DNA of 64,000 nt from Mustelus asterias (Eukaryota). Both the position numbers and the translations under genes were made by a program. The stretch covers positions 53,134,001-53,198,000 of the forward strand of contig NC_135817.1 in assembly GCF_964213995.1 (NCBI RefSeq). Direction: 5' to 3'. The notes below the pieces were generated by a model that did not search any database, was not told the origin of the DNA, and saw nothing but the letters and a program-made list of their open reading frames with translations. Below are positions 23,140-36,158 of the stretch, in pieces; the stretch's first letter is position 1; each line of letters opens with the position of its first letter.

Positions 23140-24070
23140 CAAATGGGATCTTGTACTTCATAAAAATAGAGGTGTTGCAGAGAAGACATGCTGAACCTTC
23201 ATAAAGCTTTTGTTAGGTCACAACTGGAGTATTGCGTCCGTTTCTGGTCATCCCACTTTAGAAAGGAGGCGATTTACCAGCATGATTCGGCAGGGGCGGC
23301 ATGGTAGCACAGTGGTTAGCACTGCTGCTTCACAGCTCCAGGGACCTGGGTTCGATTCCTGGCTTGGATCAATGTCTGTGTGGAGTTTGCACATTCTCCT
23401 CGTGTCTGCGTGGGTTTCCTCCGGCTGCTCCGGTTTCCTCCCACAGTCCAAAGATGTGCGGGTTAGGTTGATTGGCCATGCTAAAATTGCCCCTTAGTGT
23501 ACTGAGATGTGTAGGTTCGAGGGATTAGTGGGTTAATATGTAGGGGCATGGGGGTAGGGTCTGGGTGGGATTGTGGTCGGTGCAGACTTGATAGGCCAAA
23601 TGGCCTCTTTCTGCACAGTAGGGTTTCTATGATGATTCCTGGGATGTTAGCGACAAGGTCAGGTGGGAAAAGCTGGGATTGTTCTCCTTGGAGCAAAGGA
23701 AATTGGGGGGACATTTGATAGAGGTGTAGAAGATTATGACAGGTTTGGATAAGACAACAAAACCTGTTCCGACTAGCTGATGGTACAAGGACAAGTGGAC
23801 ACCGATGTAAGGTTTTGTGCAAGAGATACGGTGGCTGGGGGGGAAGGGCGGGGGTGTGATGTGAGGAGGAACTTTCTTATGGAGCGAGTGTAATTATTTG
23901 GAACTCGATGCCTACGAGGCTGGTGGAAGCAGAGACCGTCAATGACATCACAAGGAAATTGGGTAGACATTTGAAGGATGGGACTGAGCGGATTGCTCTA
24001 TTGGAGAGCTGACATGGACTCAATGGACTGAATGGCCTCCTTCTGTGCCATAATGTCTATGACTCTATGG
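23140..24070 (+). mobile_element. CR1 3' fragment interrupted by an HE1 SINE
   Basis: LEYCVRFWS-like and FLMERV..WNSMP-like remnants; TCTATGACTCTATG tail. Confidence 0.75.
23293..23635 (+). mobile_element. HE1-type SINE
   Basis: Complete head, V-domain and tail; ATGATTC on both flanks. Confidence 0.9.
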
Positions 24071-24290
24071 CAGTGCTACACTGGAGAGCAGGTGTAATAT
24101 CCCAGCAAGAGTCAGAACCTTTTGAAGGGAGGCAGAGAGGCTTTGAAGTTTGGGAGGACAAACTGCAGTCTGCAGATATGGGGAACAATCTGAGACAGTC
24201 TGGGGAGTGACAAACCAGCTTTTGGTTGCAATTCTTCACTGCTGAATTCCCATGCTCTAATGTTATCTGCATGTCCACATTCTGTTACAG

Positions 24291-24680
24291 ATAAGAGCTT
24301 CAATGTTCAGCTGGAGAATGAAAGGAGAGTTTTCACAGCTGGAGATACCATGGAATTAAGATGCGTCATTGAGGCTCAAAACATACAGGACCGATATTTC
24401 TCTGTGCTGTGGATTTTTAATGGCACGCCGATTGCCAACATTGGCCGTAACGCTGTACCGACAGTCAAGGTTGAATACACAGCCAGAGATCATCTGGGAT
24501 ACGTGAGGTTTGCAAAGGAGACAGATACAACCTACCTGCTGAAAATCTACCATGCGCAACTGGAGGACAGCGGCAAATACCATTGTCGAGCCACTGAGCA
24601 TGAGAAAACGGTTACAGGAGAGTTCATTGCCAGGCACACCAACAAATCTACTAAAGTTTTAATCAATGTCCAGCCTGTCA
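24291..24680 (+). CDS. IGSF3: IGSF3-like exon, Ig-V domain (domain 3 equivalent)
   Basis: ttacag| acceptor, A|gtaagt donor, 390 nt, phase 1-1; DKSFNVQLE..LRCVIEAQN..DSGKYHCRATEHEKTVTGEFI. Confidence 0.92.
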
Positions 24681-25282
24681 GTAAGTGACTGTCCAAAAAT
24701 TGCTTCTGTCCCTTGAAGAATTGACAGTATGTGATCTTTTGGTAGCTTGGAATAACTGCAGAGCAATTCCAGCATTCTTTTGTGTACATTTTCAGTCGGA
24801 CAAAGAAGTTGATTTGAGGCAGCAGTGCCTCCAGTCGGGGTGCTTTTCGTCACAAGCGGTCTTTCTCTGCAACTAATGTTGTCTCATATTTTAAACTGAA
24901 AGTATCTAATCAGAGTTAAGTTGCGGTTATCACACTGTCAAGGCTGCTTCAGGCTGTGTGGAAATACTGTTGCTTAGTGATGCAGCTCTTATCAGTACAG
25001 AAAGAAACTGTTAAAAAAACTTTCCCATGGTTACATAAGGGTCTGCTTGTTTCTAACAACTCTTCGCAAAGGAATCTGGGTTTAGTATGGCCCAGTTATC
25101 AGATCCAGAACATATTTGAAAAACAAATGTATAATTAAAGGAAGGGGGTAATTTGGACCTTTTTAGAGAGAGGAATGAAACACAACCAATGTCACAGGGG
25201 CTAAAAGCTCACCCAATCATTTTTATTACTAGAGTTTTGCTGTTATGCAGCAACCTTATTACAAAGCATGTGTTTATAAGAA

Positions 25283-25780
25283 CTCTGGTCACCACACTAC
25301 CAGAAGGATGTGGAGGCTTTGGAGAGGGTACAGAAAAGATTTACCAGGATGTTGCCTGGTATGGAGGGCATTAGCTATGAGGGGAGGTTGGAGAAACTTG
25401 GTTTGTTCTCACTGGAACGACAGAGGTTGAGGGGTGACCTGATAGAAGTCCACAAGATTATGAGGGGCATGGACAGAGTGGATAGTCAGAAGCTTTTTCC
25501 CAGGGCGGAAGAGTCAATTATTAGGGGGCACGGGTTTAAGGTGCGAGGGGCAAGGTTTAAAGGAGATGTACAAGGCAAGTTTTTTACACAGAGAGTGGTG
25601 GGTGCCTGGAACCCGCTGCCGGGGGAGGTAATGGAAGCGGATACGATAGTGACTTTTAAGGGGCGTCTTGACAAATACATGAATAGGATGGGAATAGAGG
25701 GATGTGGTCCCCGGAAGGGTAGGGGGTTTTAGTTTAGACGGGCCTGTTCCTCTGCTGTAATTTGTTTTGTTCTTTGTTCT
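25283..25780 (+). mobile_element. CR1 ORF2 3' fragment
   Basis: ORF 25310-25732 ALERVQKRFTRMLPGM..FFTQRVVGAWN; T-rich tail. Confidence 0.9.
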
Positions 25781-25797
25781 TTTGTTTCTGAGTGACT

Positions 25798-28528
25798 GGG
25801 GCAGGGATTTAGTGACCACCCTCGTCATGGCCGCCAAATCTCGCAAGAGGCCAAAAATGGGATTTGTGCCAGCGAGCTTGCGATCACGATCTTCCCAGGC
25901 CCTCTCCGATGACGTGATCAATTTCACACTCAGGAAGGGTGCGAACCTGATTTGCATGAATTTGAATCTATTACCATGTGTTTAGCATGGTTAATCTCGC
26001 ATCTTCAGCCCTCGTGGAATCTTCACGCCAGTGCAAATTGCTACTGCTTTTTAAAAATGGAAACCAGGCGCCATAACCCCTGAGAGGGAGGAAGGAGTTA
26101 TAAATACGGGCTGTGGAGGGGCACAAACCCTGGAGGAACTGTCCTGGAGTCTTAAGTATAGAGGCAATGACAGCAATGAGATCTTGGAATGATGCCGCCT
26201 GGGTGAGAAGGGTGCCATTAGATTGTGCCCTCTAACATCCCTGAGACTCATGTTCATCAAACTCATTGGCCATCCTTAACAATATCAGCTGTCTACAGCC
26301 TCAAAGCCAAGGAAGAGGATGAGTACTCATGATTCAGGGTTCAACACTTGGTTGCACAGCATCAAGAGGCTTCTATGTCAGACCCCTATGCCTGCCATTC
26401 AGGAACCATTATTCCCAATGGGGTCATCACCGTCCAGTTTACCCTGCCCATTGGCGATGTGTGAGCATCTCACCCCCTGTCAAAACCACCAGTGTTAGAG
26501 AGCATAAGGTAGGGCAAAACTAGATGGGAGGCTCAGGGCGAGTCTAAGTGGGCAAGGGCATAGGCCAAAGCCAATCCTGTCCTGGAGATGGGACAGCAAT
26601 GGTCCCAAGGACTGACCAATGTTTCCGAGTTCTCCCATCATTGATCTGACCTCTTGCCCCAGGATTTCCACTGTGGACGCTACCATTGCACTGCTGGCCT
26701 GGGTGCCATGTAGTGCCAGCAAATTCTCCTGTGATAGAAGGCTTTGGGACGCATCCCACAGCAATCACAGGAATGTAGCTGACAGTCCCTTCTGCTTTTT
26801 CTGGCTCTGCCTTTGCATCTGCAGCTGCTGAGAGACAAACATGTTCGGTGACACAGCACCTGGCTGGGGCACAGCTGTGTCCTGCGATCCAGCAGACCTC
26901 CGACTGTCTGATCCCTAGGATGTTCCTGCTTCCACCTGATGTGCATCAGAAGCTGCGTGGTGCTCACCAGATAGTGACCCAGAAGCCTGCCTGCTAAGGT
27001 CACTGACCGAGGTGTGAGTCACTGCATGGTGGATGGTGCAGGTGATGGCTGTGACGCTTTATCTGTGTCCTCCTTTGAGGTTGTGTCGAGGGTAGATGGT
27101 GGGATACCATTGGTGGATGGGCCAGGCTCTTCAGGTGATGTTCCTGCATGGCAAAGGACGTGGTTTTAGTACATGGCCAGGGCAGCAGTCTGGGATACAC
27201 AGAACCCACTTGAGTTTGGCCATCTGGATGAAGGTGCAAGGGCTCCTCACTTTTGTCCCACAGGCACACCTCGGTCACAGTACAGGCCCACTCCTGCTCC
27301 TTCCCAGTAAACTCCAGGGCTCTCTCCTCAAAAGGAGGCAGCATTGCCCGCTCGGGGATCCCACCGCCCATCTTCTCTCACTTGCAGCAGTTGTGGGCAA
27401 GCTTCTCCTGCAGGAACACAAATGGGGATAATGTGAACTGGATGCCTGGTGGGTCAGAGTTTGATGAAACCTGCTCATAGGCAGGGAGGGGTCTGTGGAG
27501 GAGTGCCAGGGGTTGGGGGAGGGTTATTCATTTGTGGGACAAATCCTGTTTTTGGCCCCTTGCAAGATTTGACGTCCATGACGAGGGCGTCGCTATCTGG
27601 CCAGCATTTATTGCCCATCTCTAGTTGTCCTTGGAGGGTAGTTGAGAATGAACCATATTGCTGTGGCTCTGGAGTCACATGTAGGCCAAACCAGGTAAGG
27701 ATGGCAGATTTCCTTCCCTAAAGGACATTAGTGAACCAGATGGGTTTTCCTGACAATCGACAATGGTTTCATGGTCGTCAATAGATTCTTAATTCCAGAT
27801 ATTGTTTATTGAATTCAATTTCCACCATCTGCCACAGCAGGATTCGAACCTGGGTCTCCAGAACATTAGTGGAGTTTCTGGATTAATGGTCTAGCGATAA
27901 TGCGACTAGGCCATCGCTCTCTTGGATGCTTGTGGGAGGTTGGGTGCTGGGGCACTGCAAGGTGGCAGCAATGGGATCAAGGTGACAATGAGGGAAGTGA
28001 TGGAAGGGTGGAGTACAGAGAGGAGACAGGGAGAACTTACTCTGGCTGATCGGAGTAGGTCATTCACCTTTTTTTCTGAATTGCAAACCCGTCTCCTTGT
28101 GCAGACCATTGGCAGTGGCCAGTGTTGTGCCCGACCATGTCCCAGGTGCGACTCAGTACCTTGCTAGAGGGCCACCTGCCAGCCCAATGGTATATTGTAG
28201 CCCGCCTCTCCTCTAGGGCATACAGCATACTGGTGAGGGCCTTCTCCGTAAACCGAGGAGTTGGTTTCCTCCTGGATTCAATGAGAGCAAACGCTGTGGA
28301 GCCGCTTAAATATCAATACCCCCTTCATTGATGTGCTCAGATGACCCTCGGGGTGGGTGAATCAGATGCTTCATGTCTCAAGCGTGGCACTTTTCACGTG
28401 AGAAAAAAAATCTTCTAAGTGCCTGAAAATTGTGGCCTGGATTGCCCAGCCAGGGCCAGCGGGGAATTGCAGCGATTTTCTCGCCAAAAATGACACCTTG
28501 TCATTTTTTTGTTGGGAAAATTACACCC
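25798..28528 (-). mobile_element. Decayed Harbinger-type element carrying a Myb/SANT-like (NAIF1/MSANTD-type) gene remnant
   Basis: - strand PTPRFTEKALTSMLYALEERRATIY (~28260), KKVNDLLRSAR followed by a GTAAG donor (~28035), GGGIPERAMLPPFEERALE (~27350); GGG..CCC termini. Confidence 0.72.
27575..27913 (-). mobile_element. tRNA-derived SINE family 2 nested in the Harbinger element
   Basis: Reverse complement of the 11556 element including the TGGCCTAGT head and GGTTCGAATCC B-box. Confidence 0.8.
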
Positions 28529-29587
28529 ATAGTTTTTTGCTCATCAAATAGTCGCTGTAGTGACAACCCAGTGTACAAGGTCTCGCTGATCCACCTGCAG
28601 CCTCTGATGTCAGTTTATTACTCATACAGACGCAAACAAAATCTGACCAGAATGGTTGACTGGAAATCATTAGTCAGTGTTGTTATTGAGAACATTTCCC
28701 TTTGATGTTTTTGCCTTTCATCTTTCCCCCCCCCCCCCCCCCCCCCCCCCCACTAAAAGTGATAGAAGCTTTACTTTCACAAAAGCAGCAAAACATTACG
28801 GTATTAATGTCAGATTTTTAATTTCTTTTGCATGAAAGTATGTGCTGCTTCTGTGAAGTAATGAAAAGGATCATGAAAGTATTTCACACTGACGTGCTTT
28901 CACTGGAAGTGCTCTGACTTCAGGTTTTCGAAACGATTAGATGGATAATTTAGACAGCAACATTAAAGCAATGTGCTGAGAATGAAGGGGAGGAATAAAG
29001 AGAGCTCCTGACCTCTTCCCCATCAGAACTTCTATCTGTCCCTCTTCAGTTGCTGATCATTTGAAATTCAGTTTCCAGGTTTATCATTTATGCTATAATT
29101 GCAGTTCAAAATCAAAACCAAATCTCAGTGAAGTCCAATTATTATATTTTAAAGAGCTAACTTCACAAATTCACCATTTAAAAGTCAGAAATGATGTGGC
29201 AGCAACTGCATTTATGATCATTTTTACTCTTAATTGCTTGCGCCAAGCTTTTATGCCATCCACAACATGCCCCCTTTTTGTGAGTTGATCTCTTCCTTTA
29301 AAATAGAATTTGGCATGAACATATTACAGTAACATTGCGCACATTAGCTTCCAGGCTTGTCCCTTCTCTTTGGTTAAATGTAAGAATTGCAAAGGAACTG
29401 TCCCTGTGAAGCACAAAGCCCAATCAAAACAGTTTACTCGAGTGTAACGTAAATATATTCTTTGCAACAGTTGTTATTTATGGTCAATACAGCAGTCAGC
29501 ATCTATATGTAACTGGATATTCTTTCTGATTTGAAGTTTCACTTTACCGAGGAAAATAATTTGGATGGTGTTGTCAAGAGCAGCAAA

Positions 29588-29858
29588 ATGGTTAGCACTG
29601 CTGCCTCACAGTGTCAGGGAACCAGGTTCGATTCCCGGCTTGGGTCACTGTCTGTGCGGAGTCTGCACGTTCACCCGGTGTCTACGTGGGTTTCCTCCAG
29701 CTGCTCCCACAGTGCTGGTTAGGTACATTGGCCATGCTAAATTCTCCCCCAGTATACCCGAACAGGTGCCAGATAGTGGCGACTAGGGGATTTTCACAGT
29801 AACTTCATTGCAGTGTTAATGTAAGCCTACTTGTGACACTAATCAATAAACTTTAAAA
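29588..29858 (+). mobile_element. HE1-head SINE with alternative 3' tail
   Basis: HE1 head and V-domain, then GGCGACTAGGGGATTTTCACAGTAACTTCATTGCAG..AATAAACTTTAAA. Confidence 0.82.
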
Positions 29859-30374
29859 TACTTGAAGTAAACTTTAAAGTGGTGAACTAGTAACTTTTCC
29901 ATTGTTGGGGTGCACATTGGAGATAAGTTTGCCCACCATTATGTGATCTCTATAAACCAATGAAACGCACAATATTATCAGACTATGTCATTCAGGCTAA
30001 AAAGTTAGAACAATTTTTTCTGGAATAAGATTATACCGAACCATAATTGAATTCGCAATTTTTGTTGAAAAATAACATTATTTTCCTGAAAACAGCAAAC
30101 TCTTATGTAGTATATTTAACTTAAATGCAAAGAGTAGCATATACAGTGTTCTGCCTCAATGCAACCATTACGATGAACTTCACATAAGAACTTAGAAAAC
30201 CACATTGTATTTGTGCCCAGATTTAGGCAGCTTCTGGCTAAACCAGAATAAAAAGAGTTGGTTTGTATACCATGTTGACTTAGCAGTAACTACTCTTTAA
30301 ACAGAAAAAGCTCACTCCAATGCAATGTGAACAGCAACAAGTATGCATATATATATAAAATATATATATATATA

Positions 30375-31435
30375 TATAGTACCTTTAATGTAATGAAATG
30401 TCCCGAGAAGTTTCACACAGGCCTTATAAAACAAAGTATGGCACTGACCCACATCAGGAGATATTAGGTCAAATGGCCAGGAGCTTGGTCAAAGAGGTAA
30501 ATTTTAAGGAGTGTCTTAAAGGAGGAAAGCAAGATAGAGAGGTGCAGGGAGGAAATTCCAGAGCTGGGGCTTAAGCAACTGAAGGCACAGCCACCAATTG
30601 TGGAACGATTCATTGAATCATATAATCCCTATAGTGCCGAAGGAGGCCATTCAGCCCATCGAGCCTGCACCGACAACAATCCCACCCAGGCCCTATCCCC
30701 GTAACCCCGTGTATTTACCCTGCTAATCCCCCTGACACTAAGGTTCGATTGAGCATGGCCAATCCACCTAACCTGCGCATTAGAGTGTGGGAGGAAACCA
30801 GAGCATCCAGAAGAAACCCAACGCAGACACGGGGAGAATGTGCAAACTGCACACAGACAATCACCCAAGGCGAATCAAACCCTGGTCCCTGATGCTGTGA
30901 GACAGCAGTTGCTAACCACTGTGCCACCGTGCCGTGGGAATTCACAAGAAACCAGAATTAAAGGAACGCAGATATTCCAGACGGTTGTGGGCTGGAGGAG
31001 ATTGCAGATAGGGAAGTGCAAGACCATTCAAGGATTTAAAAACAAGGATGAGTATTTTCAAATCAAGAACTTGCTTGACAGAAGCCCATGTAAGTCAATA
31101 AGCATAGGAATGATAGGGGAATGGGTCATAACGGCTGGGTTTTGGATGATCTCAAGTTTTGGAGGGTAGAATGTGGGAGACCAGACAAGAATACAATAGA
31201 ATAGCTGAGTCTAGAGGTGATGAAGGCAAGAATGAGGGTTCCAGCAACAGATGAGCTGAGACGGGCAAAGTCAGACAAAGTTATGGAGGTGGAAATTGGC
31301 AGTGTGTGATGGATACAAATATAAGGTTGGGAAGCTCATCTTGGAATCAAATATGGCACCAAGGTTGCCAACACACTGACTTAATTTCAAATTGTTGTCA
31401 GGGCAAAAGATGGAGTCAGTAGCTGGGAAACAGTG
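30375..31435 (-). mobile_element. Decayed L2-type LINE 3' fragment interrupted by an HE1 SINE
   Basis: Reverse strand resembles an L2 ORF2 C-terminus (TLILAFITSRLSYS; F.SSLKTLL) and 3' end; (TA)n at ~30348-30378. Confidence 0.6.
30613..30935 (-). mobile_element. HE1-type SINE
   Basis: Reverse complement of head GGCACGGTGGCACAGTGGTTAGC, V-domain and tail. Confidence 0.9.
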
Positions 31436-31580
31436 TTTGAAGTAGATAGCTTTTGAAAAAATGAAACCTTATTTTGGTGGTTTCCATTCAGGAAAATAAT
31501 AGTGTTTCTTCTCACAATAGCACTATAATATATGTTACTCGTGGCATCTGGCCAACCAATCTAGACCCAATCATAGATAA

Positions 31581-34500
31581 CCCATAGAACATAGAACATT
31601 ACAGCGCAGTACAGGCCCTTTGGCCCTCGATGTTACGCCGACCTGTGAAACCAATCTAAAGCCCATCTAACCTACACTATTCCAATATCATCCATATGTT
31701 TATCCAATGACCATTTGAATGCCCTTAATGTTGGCAAGTCCACTACTGTTGCAGGCAGGGCATTCCACGCCCTTACTACTCTCTGAGTAAAGAACCTACA
31801 TCTGTCCAATATCTATCACCCCTCAATTTAAAGCTATGTACCCTCATGCTAGCCATCACCATCCGAGAAAAAAGGCTCTCACTATCCATCCTCTGATCAT
31901 CTTGAATGCCTCTATTAAGTCACCACTTAACCTTCTTCTCTCTAACGAAAACAGCCTCAAGTCCCTCAGCCTTTCCTCATAAGACCTTCCTACCATACCA
32001 GGCAACATCCTGGTAAATCTCCTCTGCACCCTTTCCAATGCTTCCACATCCTTCCTATAATGCGGTGACCAGAACTGTACGCAATACTCCAAGTGCGGCC
32101 GCACCAGAGTTTTGTACAGCTGCAACATGACCTCATGGCTCCGAAACTCAATCCCTCTACCAATAAAAGCTAACACTCCGTACACCTACTTAACAACCCT
32201 ATCAACCTGGGTGCCAACTTTCAGGGATCTATGCACATGGATACCGAGATCTCTCTGCTCATCCACACTACCAAATATCTTACCATTAGCCTAGTACTCT
32301 GTATTCCTGTTACTCCTTTCAAAGTGAATCACCTCACACTTTTCCGCATTAAACTCCATTTGCCACCTCTCAGCCCAACTCTGCAGTTTATCTATGTCCC
32401 TCTGTAACCTGCAACATCCTTCCGCACTGTCCACAACTCCACCGACTTTAGTGTCATCCGCAAATTTACTAACCCATCCTTCTACGCCCTCATCCAGGTC
32501 ATTTATAAAAATGACAAACAGCAGTGGCCCCAAAACAGATCCTTGCAGTACACCACTAGTAACTGAACTCCAGGATGAACATTTCCCATCAACCACCACC
32601 CTCTGTCTTCTTACAGCTAGCCACATTCTGATCCAAACCGCTAAATCACCCTCAATCCCATGCCTCCGTATCTTCTGCAATAGCTAACCGTGGGGAACCT
32701 TATCAAACGCTTTACTGAAATCCATATACACCACATCAACTGCTTTACCCTTATCCACCTCTTTGGTCACCTTCTCAAAGAACTCAATAAAGTTTGTGAG
32801 GCATGACCTACCCTTCACAAAACCATGTTGACTACCCCTCATCAAATTATTCCTTTCCAGATGATTATAAATCCTATCTCTTATAATCCTTTCCAAAACT
32901 TTGCCCACAACAGAAGTAAGGCTCACTGGTCTATAATTACCAGGGTTGTCTCTACTCCCCTTCTTGAACAAGGGGACAACATTTGCTGTCCTTCAGTCTT
33001 CTGGCACCATTCCTGTAGACAATGATGACAGAAAGATCAAAGCCAAAGGCTCTGCAATCTCCTCCCTAGCCTACCAGAGAATCCTAGGATAAATCCCATC
33101 CAGCCCAGGGGACTTATCTACTTTCACACTTTCCAGAACTGCTAACACCTCCTCCTTATGAACCTCAATCCCGTCGAGTCTAATAGCCTGTATCTCATTA
33201 TTCTCCTCGACAACATTGTCTTTTTCCTGTGTGAATACTGATGAAAAATATTCATTTAGCGCCTCTCCTATCTCTTCAGACTCCACGCACAACTTCCCAC
33301 TACTGTCCTTGACTGGCCCTAATCTTACCCTAGTCATTCTTTTATTCCTGACAAAGCTATAGAAAGCTTTAGGGTTTTCCTTGATCCTACCTGCCAAAGA
33401 CTTCTCATGTCCCCTCCTGGCTCTTCTTAGATCTCTGTGTCCTTCCTGGCTAACTTTTAACTCTCAAGCGCCCTAACTGAGCCTTCACGTCTCATCTTTA
33501 CATAAGTCTCCTTCTTCCTCTTCACAAGAGATTCAACTTCTTTGGTAAACCACGGTTCCCTTGCTCAACCACTTCCTCCCTGCCTGACAGGTACATACTT
33601 ATCAAGGACATGCAGTAACTGGTCCTTGAACAAGCTCCACATTTCAATTGTGCCCATCCCTTGCAGTTTCCTTCCACATCCTATGCATCCTAAATCTTGC
33701 CTAATCGCATCATAATTTCCTTTTCCCCAGTTATAACTCTTGCCCTGCGGTATATACGTATCCCTTTCCATCGCTAAAGTAAATGTAACCGAATTGTGGT
33801 CACTATCACCAAAGTGTTCACCTCCCTCCAAATCTAACACCTGGCCTGGTTCATCACCCAGTACCAAATCCAATGTGGCCTCGCCTCTTGTTGGCCTATC
33901 TACATACTGTGTCAGAAAACCCTCCTGCACACATTGGACAAAAACGGACCCATCTAAAGTACTCTAACTATAGCTTTTCCAGTCAATATTTGTAAAGTTA
34001 AAGTCCTCCATAACAACTACGCTGTTACTTTCGCTCCTATCCAGAATCATCTTTGCAATCCTTTCCTCTACATCTCTGGAACTTTTTGGAGGCCTATAGA
34101 AAACTCCCAACGGGGTGATCTCTCCTTTCCTGTTTCTAACCTCAGCCCATACTACCTCAGTAGACAAGTCCTCATCAAACATCGTTTCTGCCACCGTAAT
34201 ACTGTCCTTGACTAACAATGCCACACCTTCCCCCTCTTTTGCCAACTTCCCTGATCTTACTGAAACATCTACACCCTGGAACCTGCAACAACCATTCCTG
34301 TCCCTGCTGTATCCATGTCTCCGAAATGGCCACAACATCGAAGTCCCAGGTACCAACCCATGCTGCAAGTTCACCCACCTTATTCCGGATGCTCCTGGCG
34401 TTGAAGTAGACACACTTCAAACCACCTTCCTGCCTGCCAGTACACTCCTGCGACCTTGAAATCTTATTCATGACCTCACTACTCTCAACCTCCTGTACAC

Positions 34501-34994
34501 TGGAGCTACAATTCAGGTTCCCATGCCCCTGCTGAATTAGTTTAAACCTTCCCGAAGAGCATTGGCAAATTTCTCCCCCAGGATATTGGTACCCCTCTGG
34601 TTCAGGTGTAGACCATCCCGTTTGTAGAGGTCCCACCTACCCCAGAATGAGCCTCAATTATCCAGGTACCTGAATCCCTCCCTCCTGCACCATCCCTGTA
34701 GCCACGTGTTCAACTGCTCTCTCTCTCTATTCCTCTCCTCGCTAGCACATGGCACGGGTAACAAACCAGAGATAACAACTCTGTTTGTTCTAGCTCTAAG
34801 CTTCCACCCTAACTCCCTGAATTTCTGCCTTATATCCCCATCCCTTTTCCTAGCTATGTCTTTGGTGCCTATGTGGACCACGACTTGGGGCAGGTCCCCC
34901 TCCCCCTTGAGGATCCCAAAAACACGATCTGCGACATCACGGAGCCAGGCACCTGGGAGGCAACACACCAGCCGCGAGTCTCTCTCGTTCCCCT
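31581..34994 (-). mobile_element. 5'-truncated CR1 LINE (second family; 3' half of ORF1 + disrupted ORF2)
   Basis: SGNH-like ORF1 remnant (34654-34968), APE/RT fragments (YFNARS, SDHN, KFADD), (CTATGTT)n tail, 8-bp TSD ATAGATAA at 31573-31580 and 34995-35002. Confidence 0.93.
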
Positions 34995-35372
34995 ATAGAT
35001 AAAGACAAAACAAATCAGTTGACTACCATTCTGTCCCCATCCTCTGCCACACTTGTATGTTAATCCCAAGCAGTTTACCCTAGATTTATAGCAATAAAAA
35101 TAATTAGATTACTGTCAGTATGAAAATAACATTGATCAAATAATCTATGCTATTACTTCTTCTGTCTGTTTCAAAGAGAATTACAATCTTATCCAGAAAA
35201 CATTCACAAAAGCTATTTGTAAAAGGTTTACTCATTGGCATTGCTACAAATTCTTACGAAACAAAAAATATAATGATTCTTATCATCCGAAAGAGGATAG
35301 ATCCTTGGCTCTGGTATAATTGTCATTCCACAGAACTACCAATTTCACCTAAATGTATTTTGTTTCCTGCAG

Positions 35373-35774
35373 AAAGTAGCCTGAGTACAACAGTTACCAG
35401 TAACACTACCAAGGTTTTGGAGGGCAACTCGCTCCAGTTCAACTGTGAGGTTCGTTCGGCCGTCAGAAGCCACAGTCGTCTTTCTGTCACTTGGCAGTTG
35501 ATCAACAAACAGAAACAGGTCACTGATATCATCAGCTTGGAACAGGACGGCACTCAGGTCATTGGTACACTGTACCGTAAGCGTGTCGCTAACGGAGATG
35601 TCAGGCTGACCAAACCACGGCCAGATTCTTTTGTGCTGCAGCTGCATAACTCGGCGATGTTGGACGATGGCGAATACGTTTGTACAGTGGCTGAATGGAT
35701 CATGAACGTGGGTGGAGATTGGCAACGAATAGGAGAGAAGTCTGCTCATATTGTAGCGATGGTAACACCTCTGG
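35373..35774 (+). CDS. IGSF3: IGSF3-like exon, Ig-V domain (domain 4 equivalent)
   Basis: ctgcag| acceptor, G|gtaagt donor, 402 nt, phase 1-1; KSSLSTTVTSN..FNCEV..VTWQL..DDGEYVCTVAEWI. Confidence 0.92.
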
Positions 35775-36158
35775 GTAAGTACTTGCATCAGAAAAGCCTG
35801 AGGTTTGTAAATTGTTCCCGTGTGCTAGTCTACTGCCTGCCTGATTATCTAAAAGGAGCATTTTCTTGTGGACTAGATTAACACTGGATATGTTGTGGTA
35901 GTTGAGGTATTGATGAAAGAAAGTTATAATGCTGGAATCGCAACTTATGAAGTATGTAATGGGGAGGAGGATACTGGGGAGTTAAAAATGAATGCAGCAT
36001 GATATTTTCAATGTGAGGAGCTCATTGGATTGGATTCAGCAGATTGAGTTGTGGAGGGACCAGCAAGCATCTTCTGAAACCCTGCACCTCCAACTGGTGG
36101 AAACTGGCTGTTGGGATATATTGTAATAAGGAGAACAATGCTAGCTCACTCACATACA

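Noticed and set aside
35147-35372. Signal-peptide-like start (MLLLLLSVS) of ORF 35147-35881
   Set aside because: Intronic read-through upstream of a clear acceptor at 35372; homology begins only at the exon.
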